Part shown: positions 48,424 to 58,462 of the stretch, piece by piece
How positions within the stretch are numbered: position 1 is the stretch's first letter
How the letters are laid out: each line of letters opens with the position of its first letter
From: an uncultured Alphaproteobacteria bacterium
GTDB taxonomy: Bacteria > Pseudomonadota > Alphaproteobacteria > Methylaequorales > Methylaequoraceae
Assembly (NCBI GenBank): GCA_902522465.1
Contig: CABYVV010000002.1
Coordinates: forward strand, 1,764-65,763
Direction of reading: 5' to 3'
DNA length: 64,000 nucleotides
The notes under the pieces: generated by a model
What the model saw: only the letters and a program-made list of their open reading frames with translations
Told to the model about the DNA's origin: nothing
Databases searched by the model: none
Position numbers and translations under genes: made by a program

Positions 48424-49341
48424 TTGAAAAAATTAGTATTCGCAGCAATCGATATTGGAAGTTATAATTGTAGATTGACAATTTTCGAAACACAAGATGA
48501 TGGTTTTAAAATTCTTCATACTTTTTCTAACGGAACTAATTTAATTAAAAACTTATCATTTAATAATGAGTTCAATGAAAAAAATACAAAAAAAACATTA
48601 GATTGTTTAATAAAATTTTCTAAAAAATTAGTCCAATATAAAGTTGATAATTACAGGTGTATTGCCACAGAGGCTTGTAGGCAAGTTATAAACCCAAATT
48701 ATTTTGTTAATTTAGCAAGGGAAAAAACTGGCCTAAAAATTGAAATAATTTCGTCATATGAGGAAGCTCAGTTGTCATTTAAAAGTTGCTCTGACTATGT
48801 GGAAAAAATTGGTCGCAAAGGAATTTTATTTGATATCGGTGGTGGAAGTACAGAGTGTTCATTTTTCAATGATGATATAAATTTGTTTAATACAAAGTCA
48901 ATTTCATACGGTGTAATTAATTTATCCGAAAAAAAAGAATTATTTGGAAAAGAAATTGTTAATAACGAACTTAATAGTCACTTTACTAATATCTGGAATG
49001 AAATTAAAAGCAAAATAGATATAGACATTATCTCCATTGGTTCTTGTAGCACAATAACAACCTTGTGTGCCATTCATCTTAATTTAAAATCTTTTGATTC
49101 AAAAAGAATTGAAAAGTTTGAGATGGATAATGAGCAATTACAAGAAGTAATAAATTATATCAAGTCAGAACCAATTGAAGAACTAAAAAAAATACCATGT
49201 GTTGGTTCAAAATATAAATTATTACTGAATGGGATAATTATTCTAGAAAGCATGCTTAAGGCCATTCCAATAAAAAAAGTCATTGTAACATTTAAAGGAT
49301 TAAGAGATGGTATTATGAAAGAGTTTGAATCTTTGAAATGA
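48424..49341 (+). CDS. Ppx/GppA-family phosphatase (N-terminal ASKHA domains only)
   Basis: FAAIDIGSYNCRL, IATEACRQ and FDIGGGSTE. Confidence 0.8.
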   Translation: MKKLVFAAIDIGSYNCRLTIFETQDDGFKILHTFSNGTNLIKNLSFNNEFNEKNTKKTLDCLIKFSKKLVQYKVDNYRCIATEACRQVINPNYFVNLAREKTGLKIEIISSYEEAQLSFKSCSDYVEKIGRKGILFDIGGGSTECSFFNDDINLFNTKSISYGVINLSEKKELFGKEIVNNELNSHFTNIWNEIKSKIDIDIISIGSCSTITTLCAIHLNLKSFDSKRIEKFEMDNEQLQEVINYIKSEPIEELKKIPCVGSKYKLLLNGIIILESMLKAIPIKKVIVTFKGLRDGIMKEFESLK

Positions 49342-49973
49342 AAAAAATTAAACTAATAAAAAAACAAAAATCTAGTCAAAGTACAAAATGGATGCAACGC
49401 CATTTAAATGACGAATATGTTATAAAATCAAAAGTTGAAGGTTTTAGATCAAGATCTTCATATAAATTAATAGAAATAAATAAAAAATTTAATATTTTTA
49501 AAAAATGTAATTCTGTTTTAGATTTAGGTTGTGCTCCTGGTGGATGGTTACAGGTTGCTAAGAAAATGACATCAGAAAAATCTCATATTGTTGGAATTGA
49601 TAAGAATAAAATTGAAGGAATTTCGGGAATAGATTTCATACAGAATGATATCTTTGATCCTAAAATTGAAAATATTCTGAATAATAAATTTGATTCAAAA
49701 ATAGATATTCTTATGAGTGATATGTCTCCTAATTCATCTGGAATTAAAAGTGTTGATCATCTAAGAATAGTATCATTAATAGAGAGAGTAGTCGAAATTG
49801 CTAAAATAATATTAAAATCAGATGGTTTTTTAATTTCAAAAATATTTCAAGGGGGAGCTCAGGGAGAACTTATACAAATTATGAAAAAAGATTTGCATAA
49901 TATCAAATATTTTAAACCAAAATCATCTAGAAAAACTTCTTCAGAAACCTATCTAATTGCAAAAAAAAATTAA
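49338..49973 (+). CDS. rlmE: 23S rRNA (uridine2552-2'-O)-methyltransferase
   Basis: FtsJ motifs RSRSSYKLIE, VLDLGCAPGGW, MSDMSPN and KIFQG. Confidence 0.92.
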   Translation: MKKIKLIKKQKSSQSTKWMQRHLNDEYVIKSKVEGFRSRSSYKLIEINKKFNIFKKCNSVLDLGCAPGGWLQVAKKMTSEKSHIVGIDKNKIEGISGIDFIQNDIFDPKIENILNNKFDSKIDILMSDMSPNSSGIKSVDHLRIVSLIERVVEIAKIILKSDGFLISKIFQGGAQGELIQIMKKDLHNIKYFKPKSSRKTSSETYLIAKKN

Positions 49974-50014
49974 TTATTTGTTTTAAAAATTTTAATATTC
50001 GTTTAAATTATTTT

Positions 50015-51484
50015 ATGAACAATTTAATCGAAGCCCTTACTTTTGATGATGTTCTGATAGTACCCTCAAAATCATCTGTCAAACCCTCTGATTCAAGTGT
50101 TACGACAAATTTGACTAGATCTATCAAGCTAAATATACCTTTAGTATCTGCAGCTATGGATACAGTAACTGAATCAAATTTAGCAATAAAGATTGCTCAG
50201 ATGGGAGGGTTAGGAATTATTCATAAGAATCTTGATTTAAAAGAGCAAGCTAATGAAGTGAGCAAAGTTAAAAGATTTGAGTCAGGTATGGTTGTGAATC
50301 CAGTTACGATAAATCCAGAATGTTCACTTAACGATGCATTGGAATTAAAGAAGAAATATAATATTTCAGGAATCCCCGTTGTTGAGCCAGTTACAAAAAA
50401 ATTAGTCGGAATTCTTACAAATAGAGACATAAGGTTTGCAATTAATCTTGAACAAAAAGTAAGTTCTTTGATGACCAAAGAGAATTTAATTACTGTACAA
50501 GAAAATATTTCAATGAATAATGCTCAAAAACTTCTTCATGAACATAGAATTGAAAAGTTGATTGTTGTTGACAATCAATATAAATGTGTAGGCTTGATCA
50601 CAGTAAAAGATATTGAAAAGGCTGAGAAATTTCCACTTGCATCAAAGGACAAATTTGGAAGACTTCTAGTTGGCGCTGCCGTTGGAGTAGGAGACAAAGA
50701 AGGCTTAGAAAGAGTAGAGTTATTAGAAAAATCAGGAGTAGACGTGATAGTGGTAGATACAGCCCATGGACACTCAAAAAATGTAATTGATATTTTAAAA
50801 AAAATTAAAAAAAAATTCTCACATCTTCAAGTTGTTGTAGGAAATATCGCAACAGCTGAGGCAGCTAAAGATCTAATAAAGGAAGGTGCAGACGCTCTCA
50901 AAGTTGGAATTGGTCCGGGTTCAATTTGTACTACAAGGATTGTTGCAGGTGTTGGAGTTCCTCAACTTCATGCAATTTCTGAGACTTATAAAATTGCAAA
51001 AAAAAATAATATTCCAATAATTTCTGATGGAGGTATTAAATATTCCGGTGATATTGCAAAAGCAATAGCTTTCGGAGCAGATGTAATAATGATTGGCTCT
51101 CTTTTCGCCGGAACTGACGAATCTCCTGGAGAAATCTTTCTATCTAATGGAAGAACATATAAATCTTACCGTGGTATGGGTTCTATTGCTGCTATGGGGA
51201 AAGGTTCTGCAGATAGATACTTTCAAGAAGAAATTATGAATAATGATAAATTTGTTCCTGAAGGAGTTGAAGGAAGAGTTCCTTACAGAGGAACGGTTGT
51301 AAAGATAATTGAACAATTAATTGGAGGTTTAAAAGCTTCAATGGGATATACTGGTAATAAGAACATAGTTGATTTCAAAAAGAATGTAAAAGTTATTAAA
51401 ATTACTTCCGCTGGTTTAAATGAAAGTCATGTGCATAGTATTTCAATCACAAGAGAGTCACCAAACTATCAACAGAACAAATGA
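50015..51484 (+). CDS. guaB: IMP dehydrogenase
   Basis: LTFDDVL, a CBS pair, the catalytic loop [11 protein letters not shown], and GGIKYSGD. Confidence 0.96.
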   Translation: MNNLIEALTFDDVLIVPSKSSVKPSDSSVTTNLTRSIKLNIPLVSAAMDTVTESNLAIKIAQMGGLGIIHKNLDLKEQANEVSKVKRFESGMVVNPVTINPECSLNDALELKKKYNISGIPVVEPVTKKLVGILTNRDIRFAINLEQKVSSLMTKENLITVQENISMNNAQKLLHEHRIEKLIVVDNQYKCVGLITVKDIEKAEKFPLASKDKFGRLLVGAAVGVGDKEGLERVELLEKSGVDVIVVDTAHGHSKNVIDILKKIKKKFSHLQVVVGNIATAEAAKDLIKEGADALKVGIGPGSICTTRIVAGVGVPQLHAISETYKIAKKNNIPIISDGGIKYSGDIAKAIAFGADVIMIGSLFAGTDESPGEIFLSNGRTYKSYRGMGSIAAMGKGSADRYFQEEIMNNDKFVPEGVEGRVPYRGTVVKIIEQLIGGLKASMGYTGNKNIVDFKKNVKVIKITSAGLNESHVHSISITRESPNYQQNK

Positions 51485-53031
51485 AAGAATCAATTCTAAT
51501 TATTGATTTTGGTTCTCAGGTAACGAAATTGATTGCTAGAAGAATTAGAGAAATTGGAGTTTTTAGTCAAATTATTCCATTCAATGAAATAAAAAAGGAT
51601 TGTGTAGATCTTAACAGTATAAAAGGAATAATTTTTTCTGGTGGTCCTAAATCTGTAAAAGAAAAAAATTCACCAAAAATTAAAAGCTTTATTTACGAAC
51701 TTGGAATTCCAATACTAGGCATCTGTTATGGATTACAATTAATAGCTAAGAACTTTGGTGGAGATGTAGGTCCTTCAACAGATAGAGAGTTTGGAAAAAG
51801 AGAACTGATATTAAAAAAAGAATCACCAATGTTCAGTAATATTATTGCCATCAATGAAGCCCAACAAATTTGGATGAGTCATTCAGATAAGATTTCATCA
51901 TTACCAAGTTCTTTTGAAAAAGTGGCATCTAGTCAAAACTGTGAGTATGCTGCAATTCAAAACCTAGAAAAAAAAATATTTGGCGTTCAATTTCATCCAG
52001 AAGTTGTTCATACTTTTGCTGGCCATAAAATTATAAGAAACTTTGTAAGAAATATTTGTAATTGTAAGGCTGACTGGAATATGAAATTATTTAAAAATAA
52101 AATTTTGACAGAAATCAAAAATAAAGTTGGAGATAATAAAGTTATTTGTGGACTATCAGGAGGAGTTGATTCAACAGTAACTGCAGCTCTTATTCATAAA
52201 GCAATAAAAAATAATATTATTTGTGTGTTTGTTGATACCGGATTTATGAGGTCCGGTGAAAGAAAACAAATACAAGAATTATTTAATAAAAATTTTCAAA
52301 TTAAATTAAAAGTAATAGATGCCAGTAAAATCTTTTTTGAGAAGTTAAAGAATGTCAAGGATCCTGAAAGAAAGAGAAAAATAATCGGTAAAGAATTCAT
52401 CAAAATTTTCGAAAATTTTGCTTTACAACAAAAAAATGTAAAATTTCTTGCACAGGGAACACTTTACCCAGATGTAATTGAATCAAATTCAAAAATTGGA
52501 GATACAAATGTTACTATCAAATCACATCATAATGTTGGAGGTTTACCAAAAAAAATGAAGCTCAAATTATTAGAACCTTTGAATGAATTATTTAAAGATG
52601 AGGTAAGAGAGCTAGGAAGAGAGTTAAAAATTCCTAAAACCTTTACAAACAGACATCCATTTCCAGGCCCTGGTTTGGCAATTAGATTACTGGGTAAAGT
52701 GAATAAAAAAGATATCACTATCTTGAGAGATGCTGATAAAATATTTATTCAACTGATCAAAGATGAAGGTTTATATGATGAAATATGGCAAGCTTTTTGT
52801 GTTATACTTCCAGTAAAAACCGTTGGTGTTATGGGAGACAGAAGGACATATGAAAAAATTTGTGTTTTAAGAGCAGTTACATCCGTAGACGGAATGACCG
52901 CAGAAGCATACAAGTTTAAGAGTGATTTTATAGAAAAGTGTGCTAGTGAGATTATTAATAAAGTGCCGGGAATAAATAGAGTATGTTATGATTATACTTC
53001 AAAACCACCTGGTACCATAGAGTATGAATAA
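51481..53031 (+). CDS. guaA: GMP synthase (glutamine-hydrolysing)
   Basis: GATase GICYGLQL / HPE, PP-loop GLSGGVDSTV, and a C-terminal GTIEYE. Confidence 0.96.
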   Translation: MKESILIIDFGSQVTKLIARRIREIGVFSQIIPFNEIKKDCVDLNSIKGIIFSGGPKSVKEKNSPKIKSFIYELGIPILGICYGLQLIAKNFGGDVGPSTDREFGKRELILKKESPMFSNIIAINEAQQIWMSHSDKISSLPSSFEKVASSQNCEYAAIQNLEKKIFGVQFHPEVVHTFAGHKIIRNFVRNICNCKADWNMKLFKNKILTEIKNKVGDNKVICGLSGGVDSTVTAALIHKAIKNNIICVFVDTGFMRSGERKQIQELFNKNFQIKLKVIDASKIFFEKLKNVKDPERKRKIIGKEFIKIFENFALQQKNVKFLAQGTLYPDVIESNSKIGDTNVTIKSHHNVGGLPKKMKLKLLEPLNELFKDEVRELGRELKIPKTFTNRHPFPGPGLAIRLLGKVNKKDITILRDADKIFIQLIKDEGLYDEIWQAFCVILPVKTVGVMGDRRTYEKICVLRAVTSVDGMTAEAYKFKSDFIEKCASEIINKVPGINRVCYDYTSKPPGTIEYE

Positions 53032-53045
53032 GTAAGATTTATAAA

Positions 53046-53921
53046 ATGATAAATGGAGATAACAAGTTATCATTTTTTAATCGAATTTATTATTTCGCAC
53101 AATGTGTTTTAAATCATAAAAAAGGTTCGAATTTTTATTTAAAGACTCTCACTCCTAAATTATCCATTAAAAATTTACAAACTAATAAACTAAGTCCTTC
53201 AAGATTGTTATGTGATGCTTTTTGGAATACTATTGATTTTAAATTTTTAGCAAAGCAATTAAATGCAAAATTAAATATTATTGATTTAGGATGTGGAAAA
53301 GGTGATTATGGTAATTTCATTAGGAAATTAGCAGATAAATCGTTTGATTCTTACACTGGATTAGATATTTACAAAGATGAAAAATTTCCATCTTATTTTC
53401 AACACATAAAATCTAAGGCAGAGGATGCTTATAAATTTTTAAAGAAAAATCACAATTTTATAATGAGCCAGTCGGCTTTAGAACATATTGAATCTGATTT
53501 TGATGCAATTAAAAAAATTACTAAAGTGCTTATTAAAAATAAAGAACCATTTATCCAAATTCATATGGTACCGTCTGCTTCTAGTTTGTGGTTATATTTG
53601 TGGCATGGTTGGAGACAATACTCAAGAACAAATCTTTCCTTATTAGCCGAAAGATTAATTGATGACTTTCCCCTAAATATTGCACTTGTCCCAATTGGAG
53701 GTAAAAATACATTCTTGACACATTTTCAAAATATTACTTTGCCATATTATACTGATAGAAAAATCAGAAAATATGGCTGGCATATCAGGAAAGGCGCTAC
53801 TGATAGGATTCTAAAATCAGTTCTTTTGGACTTGAATTGTAATAAAGAAAAAATGAATTCTTTTTGGGCATTTGTAATTTCAAGTGAGTCAGTTGAATTG
53901 CATTTCAAAAAAATTAAATAA
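53046..53921 (+). CDS. Class I SAM-dependent methyltransferase
   Basis: Motif I IIDLGCGKGDYG, with post-I GLDIY and SQSALEHI. I recognise no closer family. Confidence 0.6.
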   Translation: MINGDNKLSFFNRIYYFAQCVLNHKKGSNFYLKTLTPKLSIKNLQTNKLSPSRLLCDAFWNTIDFKFLAKQLNAKLNIIDLGCGKGDYGNFIRKLADKSFDSYTGLDIYKDEKFPSYFQHIKSKAEDAYKFLKKNHNFIMSQSALEHIESDFDAIKKITKVLIKNKEPFIQIHMVPSASSLWLYLWHGWRQYSRTNLSLLAERLIDDFPLNIALVPIGGKNTFLTHFQNITLPYYTDRKIRKYGWHIRKGATDRILKSVLLDLNCNKEKMNSFWAFVISSESVELHFKKIK

Positions 53922-53959
53922 AAAAAGAATATATGAGAACAATAATTTATTACATTTTA

Positions 53960-55273
53960 TTACTTTTGATCTATAAGTGATGTCTTTGTTTTTAAGAAGT
54001 CATTGATTTCTTTTAATGGGTGAAACCAGTTATTTAATTCTTTTTGTTTGAACTTTTTAACACATTTGTAGAGAACCCCATGATTTTTTTCATTCCATTT
54101 GGGGTCATAGATTTTAGAAAGTAAAAGAAGAGTTTTAACATCTAATAATGCTGATAAATGTACAAGAGATGTGTCTACAGAAACTACAAAGTCCATTTTG
54201 GATAAAAAGAATGCTGTATCAGTAAAATCTTCTAAGAAACTATCCAAATTATGAAGATTATCAATTTGGTTAATTATTTTATAATCATCGATATTAGATA
54301 TTTTTTGTAAAACAAAGAAACTAATATCTTTATTACTTAATATTTTTTCAAAAAATTCTAGTCTAACTGATCTAAAAGAATTTCTAGTTTGACTGGATCT
54401 ACCACTCCATGCAATGCCAACTTTAAGTTTTTTTTCTTCTATTAATCTATGAATATTTTGAGGATATTTTCTAATATTTTTGACAGAATTTACTTTTTTT
54501 AATTTTAAGGGCGTTCTGTTAATGTTTGATTTATAAAAAAGAAAAGGCAGACTCATACTAAAAACTTTATAGCTAAATGATTTCAAATCATTTTCTGTGA
54601 TAATTTTTTTTATTTTAACTTTTTCTAATCCAGAGATATTTTGAATTAAATCAAATAATTTTTCATTTATTAAATATGTTATATTAAACCCTAATTTTTG
54701 TAATCTAGCAATGTAATGACAAGCCATAAGTTGATCACCGAACCCCTGTTCTCCAATGATGAGAATATTTTTTTTCTTATCTATTAAGTTTAGATCTGTT
54801 ACCTCGATAAGGTGATTTTCTTTATAATTTTGATGTAGTAGTAAACATCTTTCTTTATCCCTCTCTTCATATAATGATAAGCCTTTAAAGTAATCACCTG
54901 AGGTTTGTTCTAACATGGAGAGATTCAACTTACCCCACTCAGATGTTTTATCAATTTCTAGAGTTTTTTTATAAAATTTTTTTGCTAGTTTAAATTTATT
55001 AGATTCATAATAAAAGAGACCGAGTGCACAAGTAACATTTGAATTTTGGGGATTTATTTTATATGCTGTTTCGAAACACATAAAAGACATTTCAAAATCA
55101 AGATTCTTGAGATGAGCAAATCCAAGTTCTACCCATATGTTGGAATCATGAGGATGGTTTTCTAAGAGTTTACTAAATAGGTTTATTCCTTCAATCAAAT
55201 CGCCTTGTGAGTATAAAAGATATGGCTTTGAATTAAGAATATCAGTATAACTATTTTTGTAAAAGGTCTCCAT
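53960..55273 (-). CDS. TPR-repeat protein fused to a GT9-like (heptosyltransferase-fold) glycosyltransferase domain
   Basis: N-terminal TPR-like repeats (..NIWVELGFAHLKNLDFEMSFMCFETAYKINPQN..). The C-terminal half has IGEQGFGDQLMACHYIARL and DFTDTAFFLSKMDFVVSVDTSLVHLSALL, matching the DTAAL..DLVI(S/T)VDT..HLA signature of this family. Confidence 0.65.
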   Translation of the reverse strand: METFYKNSYTDILNSKPYLLYSQGDLIEGINLFSKLLENHPHDSNIWVELGFAHLKNLDFEMSFMCFETAYKINPQNSNVTCALGLFYYESNKFKLAKKFYKKTLEIDKTSEWGKLNLSMLEQTSGDYFKGLSLYEERDKERCLLLHQNYKENHLIEVTDLNLIDKKKNILIIGEQGFGDQLMACHYIARLQKLGFNITYLINEKLFDLIQNISGLEKVKIKKIITENDLKSFSYKVFSMSLPFLFYKSNINRTPLKLKKVNSVKNIRKYPQNIHRLIEEKKLKVGIAWSGRSSQTRNSFRSVRLEFFEKILSNKDISFFVLQKISNIDDYKIINQIDNLHNLDSFLEDFTDTAFFLSKMDFVVSVDTSLVHLSALLDVKTLLLLSKIYDPKWNEKNHGVLYKCVKKFKQKELNNWFHPLKEINDFLKTKTSLIDQK

Positions 55274-55504
55274 ATTTCTATTAGTTCAAATATTATGCCA
55301 AAAATCACTTTAAATCCTTTACTTTAAAGTTATTAAAGTGTTAGTTTTGTGTGAATTTTTAGTGCCAGATCTTTGCTCCAGATGAGACTTTTTTCCTAAT
55401 ACTGGCATAATTATTGCTCAATATTATACGATAAAAGTAATATAATTAGGATAAACCAATACAAAATTAATCTATTAAAACTTGTTAATTACTAAGGTAT
55501 ATTT

Positions 55505-56269
55505 ATGAAAGCTGTTATTCTAGCAGGCGGATTTGGAACTAGAATTTCTGAAGAGACCCATTTGAAACCAAAACCAATGATTGAAATTGGTGGAAAACCA
55601 ATAATTTGGCATATCATGAAACAATACTCGCAGCATGGTATAAATGATTTCATAATCTGTTGTGGATATAAAGGATATTTAATCAAAGAATACTTTTATA
55701 ATTATTCATTACATTTAACCGATATTACAATCAATACAAAAAATAATCAGACATGGTTTCATGACAACTATGCAGAAGACTGGAACGTAACACTTGTTGA
55801 TACTGGTGAAAATACAATGACTGGTGGAAGATTAAAAAGAATCTCAAGGTATTTGGACAATGAAGAGGATTTCTGCTTTACCTACGGAGACGGTATCGGT
55901 GATATAAATATTTCCAAAGCAATTAACGAACATAAAAAGAACGGAAAATTAGCTACAGTCACGGCAACTCAACCTCAAGGAAGGTTTGGTTCGCTTTCAT
56001 TAGATAAAGGTGAAATAAAAAGTTTCAAAGAAAAGCCAGCTGAGTGGATTAATGCAGGGTTTTTTGTGCTAAAAAAGAAAGTTATTGATAGAATTGATGG
56101 TGACAATTGTGCATGGGAAGAAAAACCCATGGAAAGTCTGGCATCTGAGGGTCAATTTTCGGTTTACTTTCACAATGGATTTTGGCAACCAATGGATACA
56201 TTAAGAGATAAAATTAAATTGGAAAAATTATGGAATAATGGTGACGCTCCCTGGAAAACATGGTCATGA
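55505..56269 (+). CDS. rfbF: Glucose-1-phosphate cytidylyltransferase
   Basis: MKAVILAGGFGTRISEETHLKPKPMIEIGGKPIIWHIM, and a C-terminal WQPMDTLRDK..LW..G.APWK. Confidence 0.92.
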   Translation: MKAVILAGGFGTRISEETHLKPKPMIEIGGKPIIWHIMKQYSQHGINDFIICCGYKGYLIKEYFYNYSLHLTDITINTKNNQTWFHDNYAEDWNVTLVDTGENTMTGGRLKRISRYLDNEEDFCFTYGDGIGDINISKAINEHKKNGKLATVTATQPQGRFGSLSLDKGEIKSFKEKPAEWINAGFFVLKKKVIDRIDGDNCAWEEKPMESLASEGQFSVYFHNGFWQPMDTLRDKIKLEKLWNNGDAPWKTWS

Positions 56270-57339
56270 AGAATTCCTTTTGGAATGGAAGAAGGGTTTT
56301 AATAACTGGTCACACTGGTTTTAAAGGTAGTTGGCTAACCTTATGGTTAAAAAATTTGGGAGCAAGTATTTGTGGTTATGCTTTAAAACCTGAATCTAAG
56401 AAATCTCTTTTTTACGAAGCAGATGTTTCGAAAGGTATAGAATCAAATTTTGCAAATATTCTTAATTATAAAGTTTTATGTGAAAAAATTCACAATTTTT
56501 CACCAGAAGTTGTTTTCCATCTTGCTGCCCAACCATTAGTGAAAAAGTCTTATCTATTTCCGCAAGATACTTTTTCAACTAACATTCATGGTACAATAAA
56601 TTTATTAGAATCATTAAGAGGCTGCAAAACAATAAGGTCAGTTGTTGTTGTAACAACAGATAAAGTTTATAAAAATAAAGAAAGCCAAGAGGGGTATAAA
56701 GAGACCGATACACTTGGTGGTTTTGATCCATATAGTAGCAGTAAAGCTTGTTGTGAAATTATAACAAATTGTTACAGATCTTCCTTTTTTAAAAACAAAA
56801 ATTTAAAAATTGGAATTGCCACCGCTAGAGCTGGGAATGTAATAGGTGGAGGCGATTATTCAGAGAATAGATTAGTACCGGATATATTTAGGTCAATAGA
56901 AGAAAAAAAAGCAATAAAAGTCAGAAATATAGGTTCTACCAGACCGTGGCAACATGTTTTGGAGGCATTAAATGGATATATAACTCTGGCAGAGTCACTT
57001 TATCATAATCATAAAAAATATTCTGAAGCCTGGAATTTTGGACCAAGATCTCAAGACTGTAGAAAAGTTAAATGGGTACTGAGTGAGTTTCAAAAAAAAC
57101 ATAATTTTGATATTATTGATATTTCTAATCATAGTAATGATTTTGAATCAAAAGCTCTAAATCTGGATATTTCTAAATCTCTTAAAAACCTAAGTTGGAA
57201 GCCATATTTACCAATTAATGAAGCAATACAACTTACTTCGCAATGGTTTAAACAAAAAGAAGGTGGAAGATTACCATCACAAATTATTAACGATCAAATA
57301 AATTATTATCAAGAAAAAATAAATGGTAATTTAAGTTAG
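56260..57339 (+). CDS. rfbG: CDP-glucose 4,6-dehydratase
   Basis: FWNGRRVLITGHTGFKGSWL, YSSSKACCE (YxxxK), and RPWQHVLE. Overlaps rfbF by 10 nt. Confidence 0.92.
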   Translation: MVMKNSFWNGRRVLITGHTGFKGSWLTLWLKNLGASICGYALKPESKKSLFYEADVSKGIESNFANILNYKVLCEKIHNFSPEVVFHLAAQPLVKKSYLFPQDTFSTNIHGTINLLESLRGCKTIRSVVVVTTDKVYKNKESQEGYKETDTLGGFDPYSSSKACCEIITNCYRSSFFKNKNLKIGIATARAGNVIGGGDYSENRLVPDIFRSIEEKKAIKVRNIGSTRPWQHVLEALNGYITLAESLYHNHKKYSEAWNFGPRSQDCRKVKWVLSEFQKKHNFDIIDISNHSNDFESKALNLDISKSLKNLSWKPYLPINEAIQLTSQWFKQKEGGRLPSQIINDQINYYQEKINGNLS

Positions 57340-57351
57340 TCTAACCTTAAG

Positions 57352-58446
57352 TTACTTAAGACTATTATAAAACTTAACAGTTTTCGTAATTGAACTCTCA
57401 AGAGATGTAAAAACTCTTAAGTTATTCTTTTTTGCTAAATTTATGTTAGGAACGTATGCAGTTGATAAAAATTGTGGTTTATTTTCAGTTAAAATCTGAA
57501 TATTTCTTTTAGTAATTTTTTTTACTAAACAAGCCACTTCATATAATGAATAAGCCTCATCTGATCCGACGTTTATGGTGAGAAATCTTTTTTCACATAT
57601 TAAAATTTTTAACAACCAAATAACAAGATCAGATGTATACATATAACTTCTAACTGAAGATCCATCGCTATGAATTACAATATCTGAATTCGTAGTTGCG
57701 GATTTTATAAAGTTACCTATTGCAAAGTGAGTGTCGATTGGAAGCCATGGGCCAACAAATGAAAAGCATCTGGCAATTTTAATCGTTTTTTCATTTTTTT
57801 CTGTTGCCCAATAATTACAAAGTAATTCTGCAGTTTTCTTAAAAATACCGCTGGCATCGTTAAAATTTGAGGAGTCCAAGTAAAATCCAGAACTTTCGAT
57901 AATTTTTGTAAAGTTTTTTGAAGGCTGTTTTCCATATACTGAACCTGAGGAAATATAAAGAATATTATTAATTTTTTTTTTATTAGCAAAATCTAAAATG
58001 TTTTTAGTACCCTTAATTATCACTTCCGATAAATTAAAAATATTTTGGTGTGCTTCAATGGTGGCTTCAGTAGCACCATGTATAATATGAGTAAAATCAT
58101 TTTCATTTGTCGAAAAATTAATAATATTTCCTTCAATAAAAAAAAGTTCTTTATAATTTCTTACCTCAGGAAACTTATTTATAAACCTAGTTGGATTTCT
58201 TGATAAAACAAAAATTTTGATATTTAAATTTAATGATACATTTAAATGTAAAAGGCTACTCAAAATAGACTTTCCAAAAAATCCTGTTCCCCCAGTTATC
58301 AATATTTTTGCATTTTTAAGCTTTACAATTGATGTTTTTAATTCAGATAGAACAAAATTTAAATCATCATTACAAATGTTAAAAATACTGGGTTTCTCAG
58401 GCTTCACAAAGATTAGTATGGCATTATAATTGCAGCAAATAAACAC
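57352..58446 (-). CDS. Extended-SDR (NAD-dependent epimerase/dehydratase/reductase fold) protein, atypical active site
   Basis: Rossmann ILITGGTGFFGKS and YISSGSVYG. Where YxxxK is expected I read SGIFK. The start may be the internal GTG at 58407 rather than GTG 58446. Confidence 0.65.
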   Translation of the reverse strand: MFICCNYNAILIFVKPEKPSIFNICNDDLNFVLSELKTSIVKLKNAKILITGGTGFFGKSILSSLLHLNVSLNLNIKIFVLSRNPTRFINKFPEVRNYKELFFIEGNIINFSTNENDFTHIIHGATEATIEAHQNIFNLSEVIIKGTKNILDFANKKKINNILYISSGSVYGKQPSKNFTKIIESSGFYLDSSNFNDASGIFKKTAELLCNYWATEKNEKTIKIARCFSFVGPWLPIDTHFAIGNFIKSATTNSDIVIHSDGSSVRSYMYTSDLVIWLLKILICEKRFLTINVGSDEAYSLYEVACLVKKITKRNIQILTENKPQFLSTAYVPNINLAKKNNLRVFTSLESSITKTVKFYNSLK

Positions 58447-58462
58447 TTTTTAAACAAATTAA

